Position numbers and translations under genes: made by a program. Of a stretch of 64,000 nucleotides of DNA, positions 26,317 through 37,400 are shown piece after piece (within the stretch, counting starts at the first letter, position 1; each line of letters begins with the position of its first letter). The notes beneath the pieces were generated by a model. The model had not been told where the DNA came from and did not search any database. It worked only from the letters and a program-made list of their open reading frames with translations. This stretch comes from Thainema sp. GTDB lineage: Bacteria; Cyanobacteriota; Cyanobacteriia; Phormidesmidales; Phormidesmidaceae. The stretch lies in NCBI GenBank assembly GCA_052168235.1, contig JBQLZK010000032.1, positions 1-64,000 on the forward strand, read 5' to 3'.

Positions 26317-26898
26317 ATCAGCTTATCGGCAGCGGCTTGCCCTCACCCTAAGTCCCTCTCTCGCTGGGAGAGGGACTTTTGATCTAGCTTCGCTGCTAAC
26401 TTGCGCTAGATTTTCTAACGCTAGAGAAGTGGAAAAGGCGTTACTTAATCTCGGTATGGGCTGTGATGTGGGAGCGCTGATCCCTCAACAAGAGGAACTT
26501 TGAGCTAGTGGTGGCATAGCCCCTTTTTCAAGGGGGCGGCGACAGCGGGGGATCGTACAACTACGCCAAACACATACGCTGCCCCACATCACAATTCATA
26601 CTTAAGATCAGCAATCCCGACCGAGGAAAACGCTTGGTTTAGCTATCGTTTACCCATTCATCATCTCAACTAAGGCAGACCTATATAAGTTTTAGATTCC
26701 AACCCGATACAGAGGCAAATCGTAGATGGTCACGAAACCATAGAGGAATGGAATGTATTTGATAAAAACCTGAATCGGGGTACAGAATTGGTTTTCGCGC
26801 AACGCCCGCGCTGCGGGCGTTGCGCGAAAATAGTTGAAATTTACTACCAAATTCCGTATGACCGACTAGGGTTGCAGTAAACGAGAGGTTTCTAAATT

Positions 26899-27777
26899 AT
26901 GGCTGGTCGGCTAGAAGGTAAAGTTGCCATCATCACGGGTGCCGCAACGGGGATTGGCGAGGCGATCGCACATAAATTTGCGATGGAAGGAGCAAAAGTT
27001 GTCATCAATGGATTGCCGGATGATCCCGTCGATGATGTTGTCACCGCAATGCAAAAACATGGTGCAGATGCGATCGCACATAAGGGCGATATTTCCCAAG
27101 TGGCAGAAGCGCAAGCTTGTGTACACATGGCAGTTCAGCAGTTTGGGAAACTGGATATTCTGGTTAACAATGCGGGTGTATTCTTGGTAGCCGCAGAAAC
27201 GCAGGACTATCCAGTTGAGCTGTTCGACCGGACGCTGCAAATGAATCTGCGATCGGCCTTTTTGATGACTAAGTGTGCCCTGCCCCATCTGCAAAAGACG
27301 CGTGGCTGCATTGTTTCAGCAGGTTCGGAAGCCGGTTTTAATGGATTAGCGCAAAACACGACCTATGGCGGCACCAAAGGCTGGATGCATTCATTTATGA
27401 AGGGTGTAGCCGTGGAGCAGGCCAAATACGGCGTTCGTGCTAACTGCGTCTGTCCTGGAGCGATTGATACTGCTTGGACGCATAAGGAAACCGGGCCGAT
27501 GGATCAGCAAATGGAGAAAATGCTGATTCAAGCTACGCCAATGGGACGGCGCGGTACACCCGAGGAAATGGCCAACGTCTATGCTTTCCTGGCGTCGGAT
27601 GAAGCCAGCTATGTAACGGGTTCGCTCTGGCTCGCGGACGGCGGCGTTACCGTTGCCAAAGGTTCTGTGGGTAGCCAGGTACCTGATGAGCTGAAGCAGG
27701 AACCACAGGGTTCACTGTCCGATTTGAAACATAGTCGCGATGGTTTAGAAGGAAAGCAGGTGAAGACACTGAAATAG
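26899..27777 (+). CDS. SDR family oxidoreductase
   Basis: TGAATGIG, NNAG, YGGTK motifs. Confidence 0.92.
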   Translation: MAGRLEGKVAIITGAATGIGEAIAHKFAMEGAKVVINGLPDDPVDDVVTAMQKHGADAIAHKGDISQVAEAQACVHMAVQQFGKLDILVNNAGVFLVAAETQDYPVELFDRTLQMNLRSAFLMTKCALPHLQKTRGCIVSAGSEAGFNGLAQNTTYGGTKGWMHSFMKGVAVEQAKYGVRANCVCPGAIDTAWTHKETGPMDQQMEKMLIQATPMGRRGTPEEMANVYAFLASDEASYVTGSLWLADGGVTVAKGSVGSQVPDELKQEPQGSLSDLKHSRDGLEGKQVKTLK

Positions 27778-28260
27778 TCGATGCCTAAGAGACTATTTTG
27801 CCGCCGCGATGCGGCGGCAAAATAATCCTCCTGGGTTTTGGCAAGATGTGAGTAAGTACGGTTATGTGGAGCGCTCTGCGTCCACATAACCGTTTTTGTA
27901 CTGAATGGGGTCAAACCGCTATAAATCAATTTGTGAGTTTTATTACTGTTTTATTACATAGAGGGCAATATGTATTGATCAATACAATCGTTGTCAGAGT
28001 CTTCCTATTTACTACCGAAACAAGGTGAAGGCCAAATATCACTAGATAAACCAGTTTTGCTGTGGCTGAAGCTGGCAGATTGTTTTGTTCCTCTTTCTCT
28101 AAAAAACGTTTGGCTAACACCCGTTGAGCTAATACGAAATCCGCTCACAAAAACCAGTTTTTATTTTTTGTGAAAGTTAGACACAGCCCGACTTTCGCAG
28201 AACATAGTTCAGGTTCTTGCTAGTCGGATTCGGTACAAGAGTGCGTGAGGTGATGCATCA

Positions 28261-29220
28261 ATGAAGCGGCGAAGGTTCTTTCAGTATGCGGGTTTAGGTA
28301 GTATTGGCTTTCTGCTAGCAAGCCGCGATCGCGCTTTCGGCTCATCTCTGACTCAAGCCGAGTATCAGCCCGATTTGAGTTTAAGAACCTTTCGGTTTGA
28401 TGTGGCCACAGTTGATAAAGCGGGACGGATTAAGCAGCGTTCGACCCATACGGCTCAATTCTTCTCAGCTCCTATTGGTCAGACTGAATCTTCTGAATTT
28501 ATCGATATGGTAGCGATTGCTCCCGGTCAGTTCTGGATGGGCGCATCTAAAACTGAAGCTGATGCTAAAGGCCATGAATTTCCTCGGCATCGGGTCAATT
28601 TATCACCCTTTTTGATCAGTAAGTATCCGATTACCCAAGCCCAATGGACAGCCGTAGCAGCACTGCCCAAAGTCCAGCGTGAGCTTGATCCTGTGCCTTC
28701 CTACTTCCAAGGTGATCACTATCCCGTTGAAAGCGTGTCTTGGCTAGATGCGATGGAATTTTGCGATCGCATCAGTCAGTATACGGGTCGTCGCTATCAG
28801 TTGCCCAGTGAAGCCCAGTGGGAATATGCCTGTCGGTCTGGGACGCGAACGCCGTTTAACACCGGGGAAACGATTACTAGCGAACTCGCTAATTATGTCG
28901 GAGCCTATACCTACCGAGCGGAACAGAAGGCCAGCTATCCGCAATCGACCTTACCCGTGGGACAATACTCGCCGAATGCCTTTGGTCTTTACGATATGCA
29001 CGGCAACGTTTGGGAATGGTGTGCTGACACCTGGCACGCCAACTATCGAGGCGCACCGAGAGATGGAACAGCCTGGGTAAGCGCTAAACCCTCCCAACTG
29101 CGGACGATTCGGGGTGGTGGCTGGCTCGATGCCCCTGCAACAATTCGATCTGCCAGTCGTTCTGGTTATCTAGAAACGGCGCTGAATCGAACGATTGGGT
29201 TCCGAGTGGTTACAGTTTAG
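28261..29220 (+). CDS. Formylglycine-generating-enzyme (FGE-sulfatase) domain protein with Tat-like signal
   Basis: KRRRFF + hydrophobic stretch; LPSEAQWEYA, PNAFGLYDMHGNVWEW, IGFRV. Confidence 0.88.
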   Translation: MKRRRFFQYAGLGSIGFLLASRDRAFGSSLTQAEYQPDLSLRTFRFDVATVDKAGRIKQRSTHTAQFFSAPIGQTESSEFIDMVAIAPGQFWMGASKTEADAKGHEFPRHRVNLSPFLISKYPITQAQWTAVAALPKVQRELDPVPSYFQGDHYPVESVSWLDAMEFCDRISQYTGRRYQLPSEAQWEYACRSGTRTPFNTGETITSELANYVGAYTYRAEQKASYPQSTLPVGQYSPNAFGLYDMHGNVWEWCADTWHANYRGAPRDGTAWVSAKPSQLRTIRGGGWLDAPATIRSASRSGYLETALNRTIGFRVVTV

Positions 29221-29353
29221 GATTTCTCTCATCCTCACCCTCATCCACAATAGAGCAAACAAAATATTTTCATCTAGCTCTCCTCTCCCGTGGGAGAGGG
29301 GTCGGAGGTGAGGGCTTCCCACAACAGTTACGTAAGCAGAGAGCAGGAAACGA

Positions 29354-30337
29354 ATGACATTAGTGCAGAAAGTTCCCGTTACGGTCTTGACCGGCTATTT
29401 AGGAGCAGGGAAAACCACCTTGCTCAATCGCATTTTGACCGAAGAGCACAATCAGCGAATTGCCGTGATTGTCAACGAGTTTGGCGAAGTCGGCATCGAC
29501 CATCAGCTAGTGGTCAATGCCGATGAAGAAATTTTTGAGATGAATAACGGCTGCATTTGCTGCACCGTGCGCGGCGACCTGATCCGCATCATTGGCGAGC
29601 TGATGTCGCGCCGCGATCGCTTTGATCATCTGGTGATTGAAACAACGGGACTGGCCGATCCGGCTCCCGTCATCCAGTCCTTCTTTGTCGATGAAATCAT
29701 GCTGCGGCAGACCCAGCTCGATGCCGTGGTCACTGTGATTGACGCCAAGCATATCTGGGAGCACTGGGACAGCAGCGAAGCCCAGGAGCAGATTGCCTTT
29801 GCCGATGTCATCTTGCTCAACAAAACCGATCTCGTTTCTGCTGAGCAGCTACATGCACTAGAGACGAAGGTGCGGGGCATCAATGCGATCGCAAAAATCC
29901 ACTCTACCCAAAACTGCGAAATCGATCTCAACGCTTTATTGGGCGTACAAGCGTTTGACCTGAAGAATGCGCTGAGCATCGATCCGGAGTTTCTGGAGGA
30001 AGACGCCCATGAGCATGATGAGACGGTATTCTCGGTGGCGATTACTGAAATGGGCACGGTTGATGGCGACAAGCTCAATCGCTGGCTCTATCAGCTGATA
30101 CAGGAGCGGGGGCCAGACATTTTCCGCATGAAGGGCATTTTGGACATGGACAACGCCGATCGCCGCTTCGTCTTTCAAGGCGTTCACATGACCCTTGATG
30201 GCCGCCCCGGCAAGCCCTGGCGACCAGGAGAGACGCGCCGCAATGAGCTGATCTTCATTGGCCGCAATCTCGACGAAGCCGCACTCCGGGCTGGCTTCCA
30301 AAGCTGCCTAGCCAAAGCCTATGCCCATTCTTCTTAA
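29354..30337 (+). CDS. CobW/COG0523 family metallochaperone GTPase
   Basis: [26 protein letters not shown] motifs. Confidence 0.95.
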   Translation: MTLVQKVPVTVLTGYLGAGKTTLLNRILTEEHNQRIAVIVNEFGEVGIDHQLVVNADEEIFEMNNGCICCTVRGDLIRIIGELMSRRDRFDHLVIETTGLADPAPVIQSFFVDEIMLRQTQLDAVVTVIDAKHIWEHWDSSEAQEQIAFADVILLNKTDLVSAEQLHALETKVRGINAIAKIHSTQNCEIDLNALLGVQAFDLKNALSIDPEFLEEDAHEHDETVFSVAITEMGTVDGDKLNRWLYQLIQERGPDIFRMKGILDMDNADRRFVFQGVHMTLDGRPGKPWRPGETRRNELIFIGRNLDEAALRAGFQSCLAKAYAHSS

Positions 30338-30385
30338 TTGACATCCTAATGAACAACCACTTTCTGAAGTCCTTCTTCCTCTGGA

Positions 30386-30550
30386 CTGCTGTTTATACAT
30401 AAGTTTCCTAGACTTCGTTTCAACATTGAGATCCCCCCTAGCCCCCCTTAAAAAGGGGGGGATTGGCTCAAAGTTCCCCCTTTTTAAGGGGGATTTAGGG
30501 GGATCAGTCCGGGATTTAAAGGGATTATTCAGGATGTGTATGAGCAGTAA
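30386..30550. mobile_element. Family C MITE copy
   Basis: Close match to 17683-17847; no clear target duplication. Confidence 0.8.
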
Positions 30551-30617
30551 GGAGTTTAGGGTGAGGGCAAACGTTCTGTTTACCGCAGTTAGTACCATTT
30601 GAACTAGAGACAGACCT

Positions 30618-31364
30618 ATGAAACTACAGCATAATCTGGGTGGATTAGAAGGGCTTGATCCGATCAATCCCGAACCACAGGTTTTCGTTGAACCCTGGGA
30701 AAAGCGCATTTTCGGCATCCACACGGCGATGATGGCGCTCAGTAACCATCTGGGCGAATCCTTACCGGGCTATACGATTGAGGCTGTACCCACCAACTTC
30801 AAAAGCTTTTGGACATGGGGCCATCTGCGGATGGGTGCTGAGGGCATGCATCCCTTTGAATATTTCCGGTTGCGCTACTACGAAAAGTGGCTCGGCGGTA
30901 TCTCCGGCTTTTTTGTGGAAGAGGGCTATATCACGCAGGAAGAGCTAGATACCCGCACCGCTGAATTTCTGGAAGATAGCGAGAAGGCGGCTGCACCTTT
31001 ACCCAGTGGTGGCGATCCGGCCATTGATGCTCAGGTGCTGAAATACCTGCGGGAAGGAGATTCCCCGATGCGGGATTTACCTGCACCACCTTTGTTTAGC
31101 GTTGGCGATCAAGTGCGGGTGAAAAACGTAGCTCCAGGGGCGCATAGTCGATTGCCCGGTCATTTGCGAGGACGTGTAGCCACGGTCGTTCTGGTTTATG
31201 ACAACGCTTTCACCTACTTCTTTCCCACAGAAGACGGCATCGGCGTACCCATGCCCGTTTACAGCCTGGCGTTTAAGCCGGAAGATATTTGGGACGCGTC
31301 ACTGATTGATGCTAACTCAGTGTATTACAACGACATTTTTGAAGTGTATTTAGAAGCGGTGTAG
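30618..31364 (+). CDS. nthB: Nitrile hydratase beta subunit
   Basis: H.LGG N-terminus, EPWEKR, YYEKW, F.VGD.VRV...HSRLP, FEVYLE. Confidence 0.88.
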   Translation: MKLQHNLGGLEGLDPINPEPQVFVEPWEKRIFGIHTAMMALSNHLGESLPGYTIEAVPTNFKSFWTWGHLRMGAEGMHPFEYFRLRYYEKWLGGISGFFVEEGYITQEELDTRTAEFLEDSEKAAAPLPSGGDPAIDAQVLKYLREGDSPMRDLPAPPLFSVGDQVRVKNVAPGAHSRLPGHLRGRVATVVLVYDNAFTYFFPTEDGIGVPMPVYSLAFKPEDIWDASLIDANSVYYNDIFEVYLEAV

Positions 31365-31373
31365 GGAGAGAGT

Positions 31374-31997
31374 ATGCCTAGCAACTATCCAGGATTTAAG
31401 TACAGTGCCGATCGGGAGACGTTTAGCGCCGCCAAGGTCAAAGCCCTAGAGTCTCTTTTAATCGAAAAGGGCATCATCACGGGCGATACGGTAGACAACA
31501 TTCTCGGCTACTTTGAAACCGAGATGGGGCCGTTCAATGGGGCCAAACTGGTGGCTCGGGCCTGGGTTGATCCAGAGTTCAAAGCGCGACTGCTAGCTGA
31601 CTGTAACGCGGCCTGTGCCGAAATGGATTTTCCTGAAGGCATGTCGGGTGCAGAAGGTGAGCACATGCGGATCGTGGAAAATACACCCGAGGTACATAAC
31701 GTGATTGTCTGTACCCTTTGCTCCTGCTATCCCTGGCCGACGCTGGGTTTGCCGCCCTATTGGTTCAAAGATCCCACCTTTCGGGCACGGGTGGTTCGCG
31801 AACCGCGAGTAGTGCTATCGGAGTTTGGCGTCGATTTAGATGAATCGGTTGAGGTACGAGTTTGGGACAGTAGCGCTCAGATTCGCTGGTGGGTGCTGCC
31901 GATGCGTCCCGCTGGCACAGAAGGCATGGGCGAAGCGGAATTGGCGGCCTTACTAACCCCAGAAGCAATGATGGGCGTCGCCACTGTCAAGGCTTAG
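31374..31997 (+). CDS. nthA: Nitrile hydratase alpha subunit, cobalt-type motif
   Basis: GAKLVARAWVDP, VCTLCSCYPWP.LGLPP, VWDS. Confidence 0.93.
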   Translation: MPSNYPGFKYSADRETFSAAKVKALESLLIEKGIITGDTVDNILGYFETEMGPFNGAKLVARAWVDPEFKARLLADCNAACAEMDFPEGMSGAEGEHMRIVENTPEVHNVIVCTLCSCYPWPTLGLPPYWFKDPTFRARVVREPRVVLSEFGVDLDESVEVRVWDSSAQIRWWVLPMRPAGTEGMGEAELAALLTPEAMMGVATVKA

Positions 31998-32009
31998 TTC
32001 TGTGGGGGC

Positions 32010-32190
32010 CAATGGTGTGCGCGTTTAGCATGGCCGTATGATCCCCCGCTGTCGCCGCCCCCTTAAAAAAGGGGCTATGCCAACTCTGGCTCAAAGTTTC
32101 CCTTTTTTAGGTAAAGCCATGCCCGAAGGGCTATAGGGGGATTCAAGGGGAATCAAATTTGTAGGTTGGGTTGAGCTTGCGAAACCCAAC
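32010..32190. repeat. Cluster of G/C-run palindromic repeat, nested 24-bp insert and GTAG REP
   Basis: GATCCCCCGCTGTCGCCGCCCCCTT...; AAGCCATGCCCGAAGGGCTATA; GTAGGTTGGGTTGAGC..AACCCAAC. Confidence 0.7.
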
Positions 32191-32275
32191 AGATACACAT
32201 CATAGCGGTGATTGAAGAAAGTGGATAGTCCCCAGCCAAGAGCTGAAATTCTGATTATGGGCAGGTTTGAAGCGC

Positions 32276-32638
32276 ATGTTTACTAAGTTTGAACACTTTG
32301 CCGCCACTAGTTTAATGGGGTCGCCGGAAGAGGCTCCGCCGCGCAAAGATGGCCATTTACACTTTGACCGCGATTGGGAAAAGATGGCCTTTGGAGTTGC
32401 GATCGCGCTTTCCAAGCAGGGCTACTTTGAATGGGAGGATTTTCGCCAAACGTTAATCAGCACCATTCATGAATGGGAATCAACTCATAAGCTGGACGAT
32501 CCGGAGTGGGATTACTATCAGTGCTGGCTGGCGGCCCTTGAAAAGCTGGTGGTTGAATCCGGCGTGCTCAAAGCCGGAGAACTGGAAGCTCAACTGGCTC
32601 AGTTACTGGACTGTAAAGGTAACACCCTGCAAGCATGA
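32276..32638 (+). CDS. Nitrile hydratase accessory protein (P14K/NhlE-like)
   Basis: PR..G.L.F...WE..AFG, FEWEDFRQ.LI, YYQCWLAALE; located after nthA. Confidence 0.85.
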   Translation: MFTKFEHFAATSLMGSPEEAPPRKDGHLHFDRDWEKMAFGVAIALSKQGYFEWEDFRQTLISTIHEWESTHKLDDPEWDYYQCWLAALEKLVVESGVLKAGELEAQLAQLLDCKGNTLQA

Positions 32639-32639
32639 G

Positions 32640-35600
32640 CTACAATAAGCTCCGCAGATCTGGAGCAAGATTGGCAACCATTGGGGAACTGGTAGGACGA
32701 TTATTCAGAGTCAATCGTAAGACAAATGTAGTTTGCCCATCGCCACTTTCGACGTGAATAGCGCCGCCCAGCCGTTCGGTCAGCTTCTTGACCAGAGCCA
32801 ATCCCAACCCGGTACCGCCATGTCTCCAGGGATCGTTATTGGGGATTCGGTAAAATTTATCAAAAATGCGATCGCGCTCTACTGGTGCAATTTCAGTGCC
32901 TGAATTACTAACGCGCAGCTCCAGCCCATCGGTCATCGCTTGGGCCGATATTGTGATAATGCCTCCGGCTGGTGTGTATTTGCAGGCATTGTTCAGCAAT
33001 TCGCTGAGGATGCGCTCTAGGTAAGGCAAATCAGTCGTGATTGCTGGCAGGTCAGCCGGAATTTGAAACACGAGGTGCTGCTGCTGACGCTGTATCCGTT
33101 CACTAAATACCTCAGCCAGATGGGGAATATAGAACTGGAGATCAATAGTCGTCAAGCTCAAAGCTTCCACTCCGGCATCCAATCGAGCCAAGTCAAGCAG
33201 ATCGTTAATCAGATTAATTTCTCGTTCCTCTTCTTCGTGCAGTACTTTAACATAGCGATTAATCGAGGAGGATTCACTCGGCAGCACCCCCAGATGGTTT
33301 AAGCTAATCTCCAGCATTTGCGTCGCCATCTTGATATTGGACATGGGCGTGCGTAGCTCATGGGATACCGTACTCAAGAAGTCATCTTTTAGCTGATTCA
33401 ACCGCTCTAGTTCCTTAACCTGAGCCTGCGCTGCCTGGTAGAGACGGGACTGGCGTAGTGCGATCGCACATTGGCTGGCAACCTGCTGCACCAGCCGAAT
33501 TTCTGGTTCAGTAAACACCTCCTGAGACGGTCGGAACAGCCACAGATCGCCCAAGGTTTCCTGATCGTCACAGATTGGTACGGCCAGCATCGTTAAATGC
33601 TGCTGGTTTTGCCGCAGAAAATTCGGCACAGCATCACAGAACTGACAGACTTGCCCGCTGAGTAGCCCGTCGTATACGGCGGCATAGGGAGCATTGGTAA
33701 TCTCAAATGTTTGGCCTTGGGCGGGAGCAAGCGTTGTGATCGATTCGTGGGCAATGGTTGATGTGGTGTGGTCAACATTGTACATACCAGCATCGCAACC
33801 CGCTAACGCTAGCTTATGCACCAATTCCTCCACAGCCGCTTGCAGGATCAGTCGCTCATTTAAGCTGTCGCGCACCCGTTCGGTAATGCGCCTAAGTAAC
33901 GCTTCAAAGTCCAGAGCCTGCTGTAGCTCATTGGTTCGCTGCTGTACCTGTATTTCCAACCCAGTGTTGAGCGACTGCACCTGTTGATACAGTTCAGACT
34001 GCTGAATTGCGATCGCAATTTGAGTGGCCAACTGCTGCTGCAGGTCAATTTCCCAGTCCTGCCAGTTACGCGGCGCACGACAGTGCTGAGTCACTAACAG
34101 TCCCCAAAGATGGTTATTTTGCAGGATGGGGACGACTAGCTTGGCTTTCACCTGCATGCGTTCCAGCAACTCTAAATGACACGGATCCAGATCAGCGGTT
34201 TGCACATTCGACGTAGCTTTAATAAAGCCCTGCCCATAGGACTGTCCTGCCATTTTGACAAAATAGGTGTCGGTAATTTGCATGCCCAAAACGGATGACC
34301 AACCCGCTGCCACCGATTCGGCAATCACAACGCCGCTCCAGTCGGGATTAAAGCGATAGATCAGCACCCGATCCGTTTGTAAGCAGTTGCGGATCTCGGT
34401 CACAGTGGTATTGAGAATTTGATCTAAATCCAGCGTTTGGCGGATGTGCTGGGCGATGTCAGACAGCAACCGTTCACGCTCAATTTGCTGACAGAGAGCG
34501 GTTTGCGTTTCTTTCAACAGGGTAATGTCCACCGCCACCCCAGAATACTGGCAGGGTGTACCATCAGGAGCACGCTTGAAAATGCGATCGCGACTTAATA
34601 GCCAGCGGTAACTGCCGTCTTTATGCCGCAATCGATATTCAACTTCGATATATTCTTCATCGTTTAAGTGCAGCAACTGCTGACGATTGGCCAGGACTTC
34701 GGTTCGATCATCCGGATGGAGCAAATTGGGCAGAAATGCTTGACCCATCCCCTGAATTTCGGCGACAGAATAGCCCAATACGGTTTCGATTTGAGGATTA
34801 CAGTAGATATTGCGCTGTTCAACTAAATCGTAAACATACAGGATAGCCAGCGTAGACTCAGCAATTTGCTCTGTAAACTGCTGTTGCTCACGCAGAGCTA
34901 GCTCAAAGGAGCGGTTTTCCAACTCAGCCAGCTTGAGGGCAGTTAGGTCGTGCAGGTTGATCACGACGCCCGAAATGTGGCCATCTAGCTCAATATAGGG
35001 AACCAGAGAACAGCGAACAAACCGCCGCTGACCATCGTCATAGTCTCGCCAGTCTTCAAATCCTTGAGTCATGTCACCGGCCAATGCGCGATCGCACATT
35101 GAGCGACAAAACGGTTCAAACCGATTGTATCCAATCAGTTCCGTCAGCGAGTGACCAATGATGTCAGCCTGGGAGCGTTGATACCAGTTCAAGTAGGCTT
35201 GATTCACCACCTGATAGGTATAGTTCCGATCCACTAATGCGATCGCATCCGGAGTCGCCGACACAATGCGCTCATACCGACGCAGCAACGCTTCCGATCG
35301 CTGTCTTTCCAATTCAGAAGCGGCTCGCACCGAAAAAATTGTCAAAACTTCTTCGATAAACTGCACATCTGTAATCGGCTGATCGTGATGGACACAGATC
35401 AAGCCCAGTACAGATCCGGCTGAATCAACTAAGGAAATACCCACGTAGCCTTCGATGCCATGTTCGTCTAGATAGTGATCGTCTGGAAAACACTGCTGCA
35501 CCTTGTCACAGAACAGGCAAAATCCCTGCTGCACAACTTGCTCACAGGGCGAGCCCGGTAGGTCATACTCTAAACCATCCACTCTTTGCCCATGACTGAT

Positions 35601-36731
35601 GCCAGCAATTACTCGAACGCGATCGCAATCAGGCTCAATCACTTCACTGACAAACGCATGATCCATCTTGAGCAAGCGCACCAAGCACTCAACCAGCGAG
35701 TAGAAAAATGCGTCTCCGGTTGTGGCTGCAACTCCTGCAGCCAGATTCTGAATAAATTCTTCTCGCCGCTTGCGGTCTGTAATGTTTTTTGCGGCACCAT
35801 TAATCGCCATTACCGTCTTGCCGCTGGGATCACGCTCAGGCCGCGCAAACAGGTTCATCCAGAGCACATCACCGTTCTTAGCGACAAACCGCGCCTCCAT
35901 TTCGTCGCTTTGTCCAGTCTGTACAACGGTTTGAAAAAACTGCACCACCTGTGACAAATCATCAGGATGGATAAACCGCTGCCAACTGTCATAGCTCGTA
36001 TCATCCATCTGTGGGTCATAGCCCAGCAGCCGATAATTATCTTCCGACCAAATTGTCTGATTAGTGGACATGTCCCAGTACCACATGCCTGCCTTTGCAG
36101 CCTTCAACGCCTCTGATAAGCGATGTTCGGTTTCTTGCAGCTCAGTCTCTGTTCGCTGCCAGTTGGCCTGCTGAATTGCTAATCCTAGATGTCCAGCCAT
36201 CTGCTGCAAATACTGAATGTCCAGCGGTTGCCATGTCCGGCTGGCGCGGCAGTGATGCACCATTAGCAGTCCCCACGGCTGACCTTGGCTCAAAATGGGC
36301 AGTACTAAATAGGCGCTGACTTGCAACGCCTCAACCCACTGGACTGCACCAATTGCACCATCTGAGACGGGATGATTTGCGATCGCAGCCATCAGTGGCG
36401 TGGCTGTACCGTTAGATGTGACTTGGGCTTGAAAAAACGGCTCAATCCAGGTGACATCGGCACAGATGTCGGTTAGGTGTCGGCCCAGGAGGGACGAATC
36501 GCCGATCCCCACCGACTCAAACACAACTCCAGCATCCTGCTCCGGAAAACAGCGATATAGGAATACTCGATCGGTTTGCAGCAGGTTTTTCGCATCTGCG
36601 ATCGCAGTTTGCACAATATCTTCTAGATCCCGACACTGCTGCATCTGGAGGGTCATCGTTGCAATCTGCTCTAAAATCACCTCCACGGAAAGCGACGGGA
36701 ATTCCACATCGTTATACACAACCGACTCCAA
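32640..36731 (-). CDS. Multi-GAF/PAS sensor histidine kinase, one GAF cyanobacteriochrome-like
   Basis: GAF repeats (DRVLIYRF, LWGLL), PAS repeats (HPDD), VSHELRTP, GGTGLGL; DPCH in the third GAF. Confidence 0.9.
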   Translation of the reverse strand: MESVVYNDVEFPSLSVEVILEQIATMTLQMQQCRDLEDIVQTAIADAKNLLQTDRVFLYRCFPEQDAGVVFESVGIGDSSLLGRHLTDICADVTWIEPFFQAQVTSNGTATPLMAAIANHPVSDGAIGAVQWVEALQVSAYLVLPILSQGQPWGLLMVHHCRASRTWQPLDIQYLQQMAGHLGLAIQQANWQRTETELQETEHRLSEALKAAKAGMWYWDMSTNQTIWSEDNYRLLGYDPQMDDTSYDSWQRFIHPDDLSQVVQFFQTVVQTGQSDEMEARFVAKNGDVLWMNLFARPERDPSGKTVMAINGAAKNITDRKRREEFIQNLAAGVAATTGDAFFYSLVECLVRLLKMDHAFVSEVIEPDCDRVRVIAGISHGQRVDGLEYDLPGSPCEQVVQQGFCLFCDKVQQCFPDDHYLDEHGIEGYVGISLVDSAGSVLGLICVHHDQPITDVQFIEEVLTIFSVRAASELERQRSEALLRRYERIVSATPDAIALVDRNYTYQVVNQAYLNWYQRSQADIIGHSLTELIGYNRFEPFCRSMCDRALAGDMTQGFEDWRDYDDGQRRFVRCSLVPYIELDGHISGVVINLHDLTALKLAELENRSFELALREQQQFTEQIAESTLAILYVYDLVEQRNIYCNPQIETVLGYSVAEIQGMGQAFLPNLLHPDDRTEVLANRQQLLHLNDEEYIEVEYRLRHKDGSYRWLLSRDRIFKRAPDGTPCQYSGVAVDITLLKETQTALCQQIERERLLSDIAQHIRQTLDLDQILNTTVTEIRNCLQTDRVLIYRFNPDWSGVVIAESVAAGWSSVLGMQITDTYFVKMAGQSYGQGFIKATSNVQTADLDPCHLELLERMQVKAKLVVPILQNNHLWGLLVTQHCRAPRNWQDWEIDLQQQLATQIAIAIQQSELYQQVQSLNTGLEIQVQQRTNELQQALDFEALLRRITERVRDSLNERLILQAAVEELVHKLALAGCDAGMYNVDHTTSTIAHESITTLAPAQGQTFEITNAPYAAVYDGLLSGQVCQFCDAVPNFLRQNQQHLTMLAVPICDDQETLGDLWLFRPSQEVFTEPEIRLVQQVASQCAIALRQSRLYQAAQAQVKELERLNQLKDDFLSTVSHELRTPMSNIKMATQMLEISLNHLGVLPSESSSINRYVKVLHEEEEREINLINDLLDLARLDAGVEALSLTTIDLQFYIPHLAEVFSERIQRQQQHLVFQIPADLPAITTDLPYLERILSELLNNACKYTPAGGIITISAQAMTDGLELRVSNSGTEIAPVERDRIFDKFYRIPNNDPWRHGGTGLGLALVKKLTERLGGAIHVESGDGQTTFVLRLTLNNRPTSSPMVANLAPDLRSLL

Positions 36732-37076
36732 GCGCTCTAGCCAAATTTTATCGGGAACAGTCTGTTGCCCTTAGTATTTGGCAAAATATCAACCGAACCA
36801 ACAAAACACCATAAAAAAACACAATTTTATCCGTCAAATGATATATCGCCTGTCCCTACGGGTTTGTCAGCGGTTTATTAGTGGCTTATCAACAGTGTTT
36901 GGGTGGGTTTTGAAGGTTGATCTGCCGCGCAATGCGCGGCAGATCAACCTTCAAAACTTATTTCACACCGCACCAGCGCAACCCTGCTCAAACGCCAACC
37001 TAAATCTAGCGCTGCGCGATTTGGGCTTGATATGATAGCCGTGACTGAACAGTAGAACTAGCAAGGACTGAAGTGA

Positions 37077-37292
37077 GTGGCTCTTTCTAAATCAGAAGTC
37101 AAACAGCTATTTGAACGCTTGATTTTCGATGATGATGCTCCGCAGGAGTGGGTGCAAGACGTTTGGGGCTTGAGCCCAACACTCGGCGAAACGGCGGCCA
37201 CACTCCTAGACGTTTTTGAAAGAGTCGTAGAATCTTGTCCGGACGATCTGTTAGAAGACGTACTCAACGACTGCTATCAAGACACTGACTGA
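37077..37292 (+). CDS. Small acidic hypothetical protein
   Basis: 71 aa ORF with natural composition; GTG start after AAGGA. Confidence 0.6.
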   Translation: MALSKSEVKQLFERLIFDDDAPQEWVQDVWGLSPTLGETAATLLDVFERVVESCPDDLLEDVLNDCYQDTD

Positions 37293-37307
37293 CACTTGGC
37301 TTAAAAG

Positions 37308-37400
37308 TACTAGACTTCATTGGAAATAAAGTTTTTGGGGTTGGAAATTGTTTTGTAGCGCGGCTTCGCCGCGCTACAAAACAATTTCCGATAAAGTCTA
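37308..37400. mobile_element. Family A MITE copy
   Basis: Near-identical to 152-247. Confidence 0.7.
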
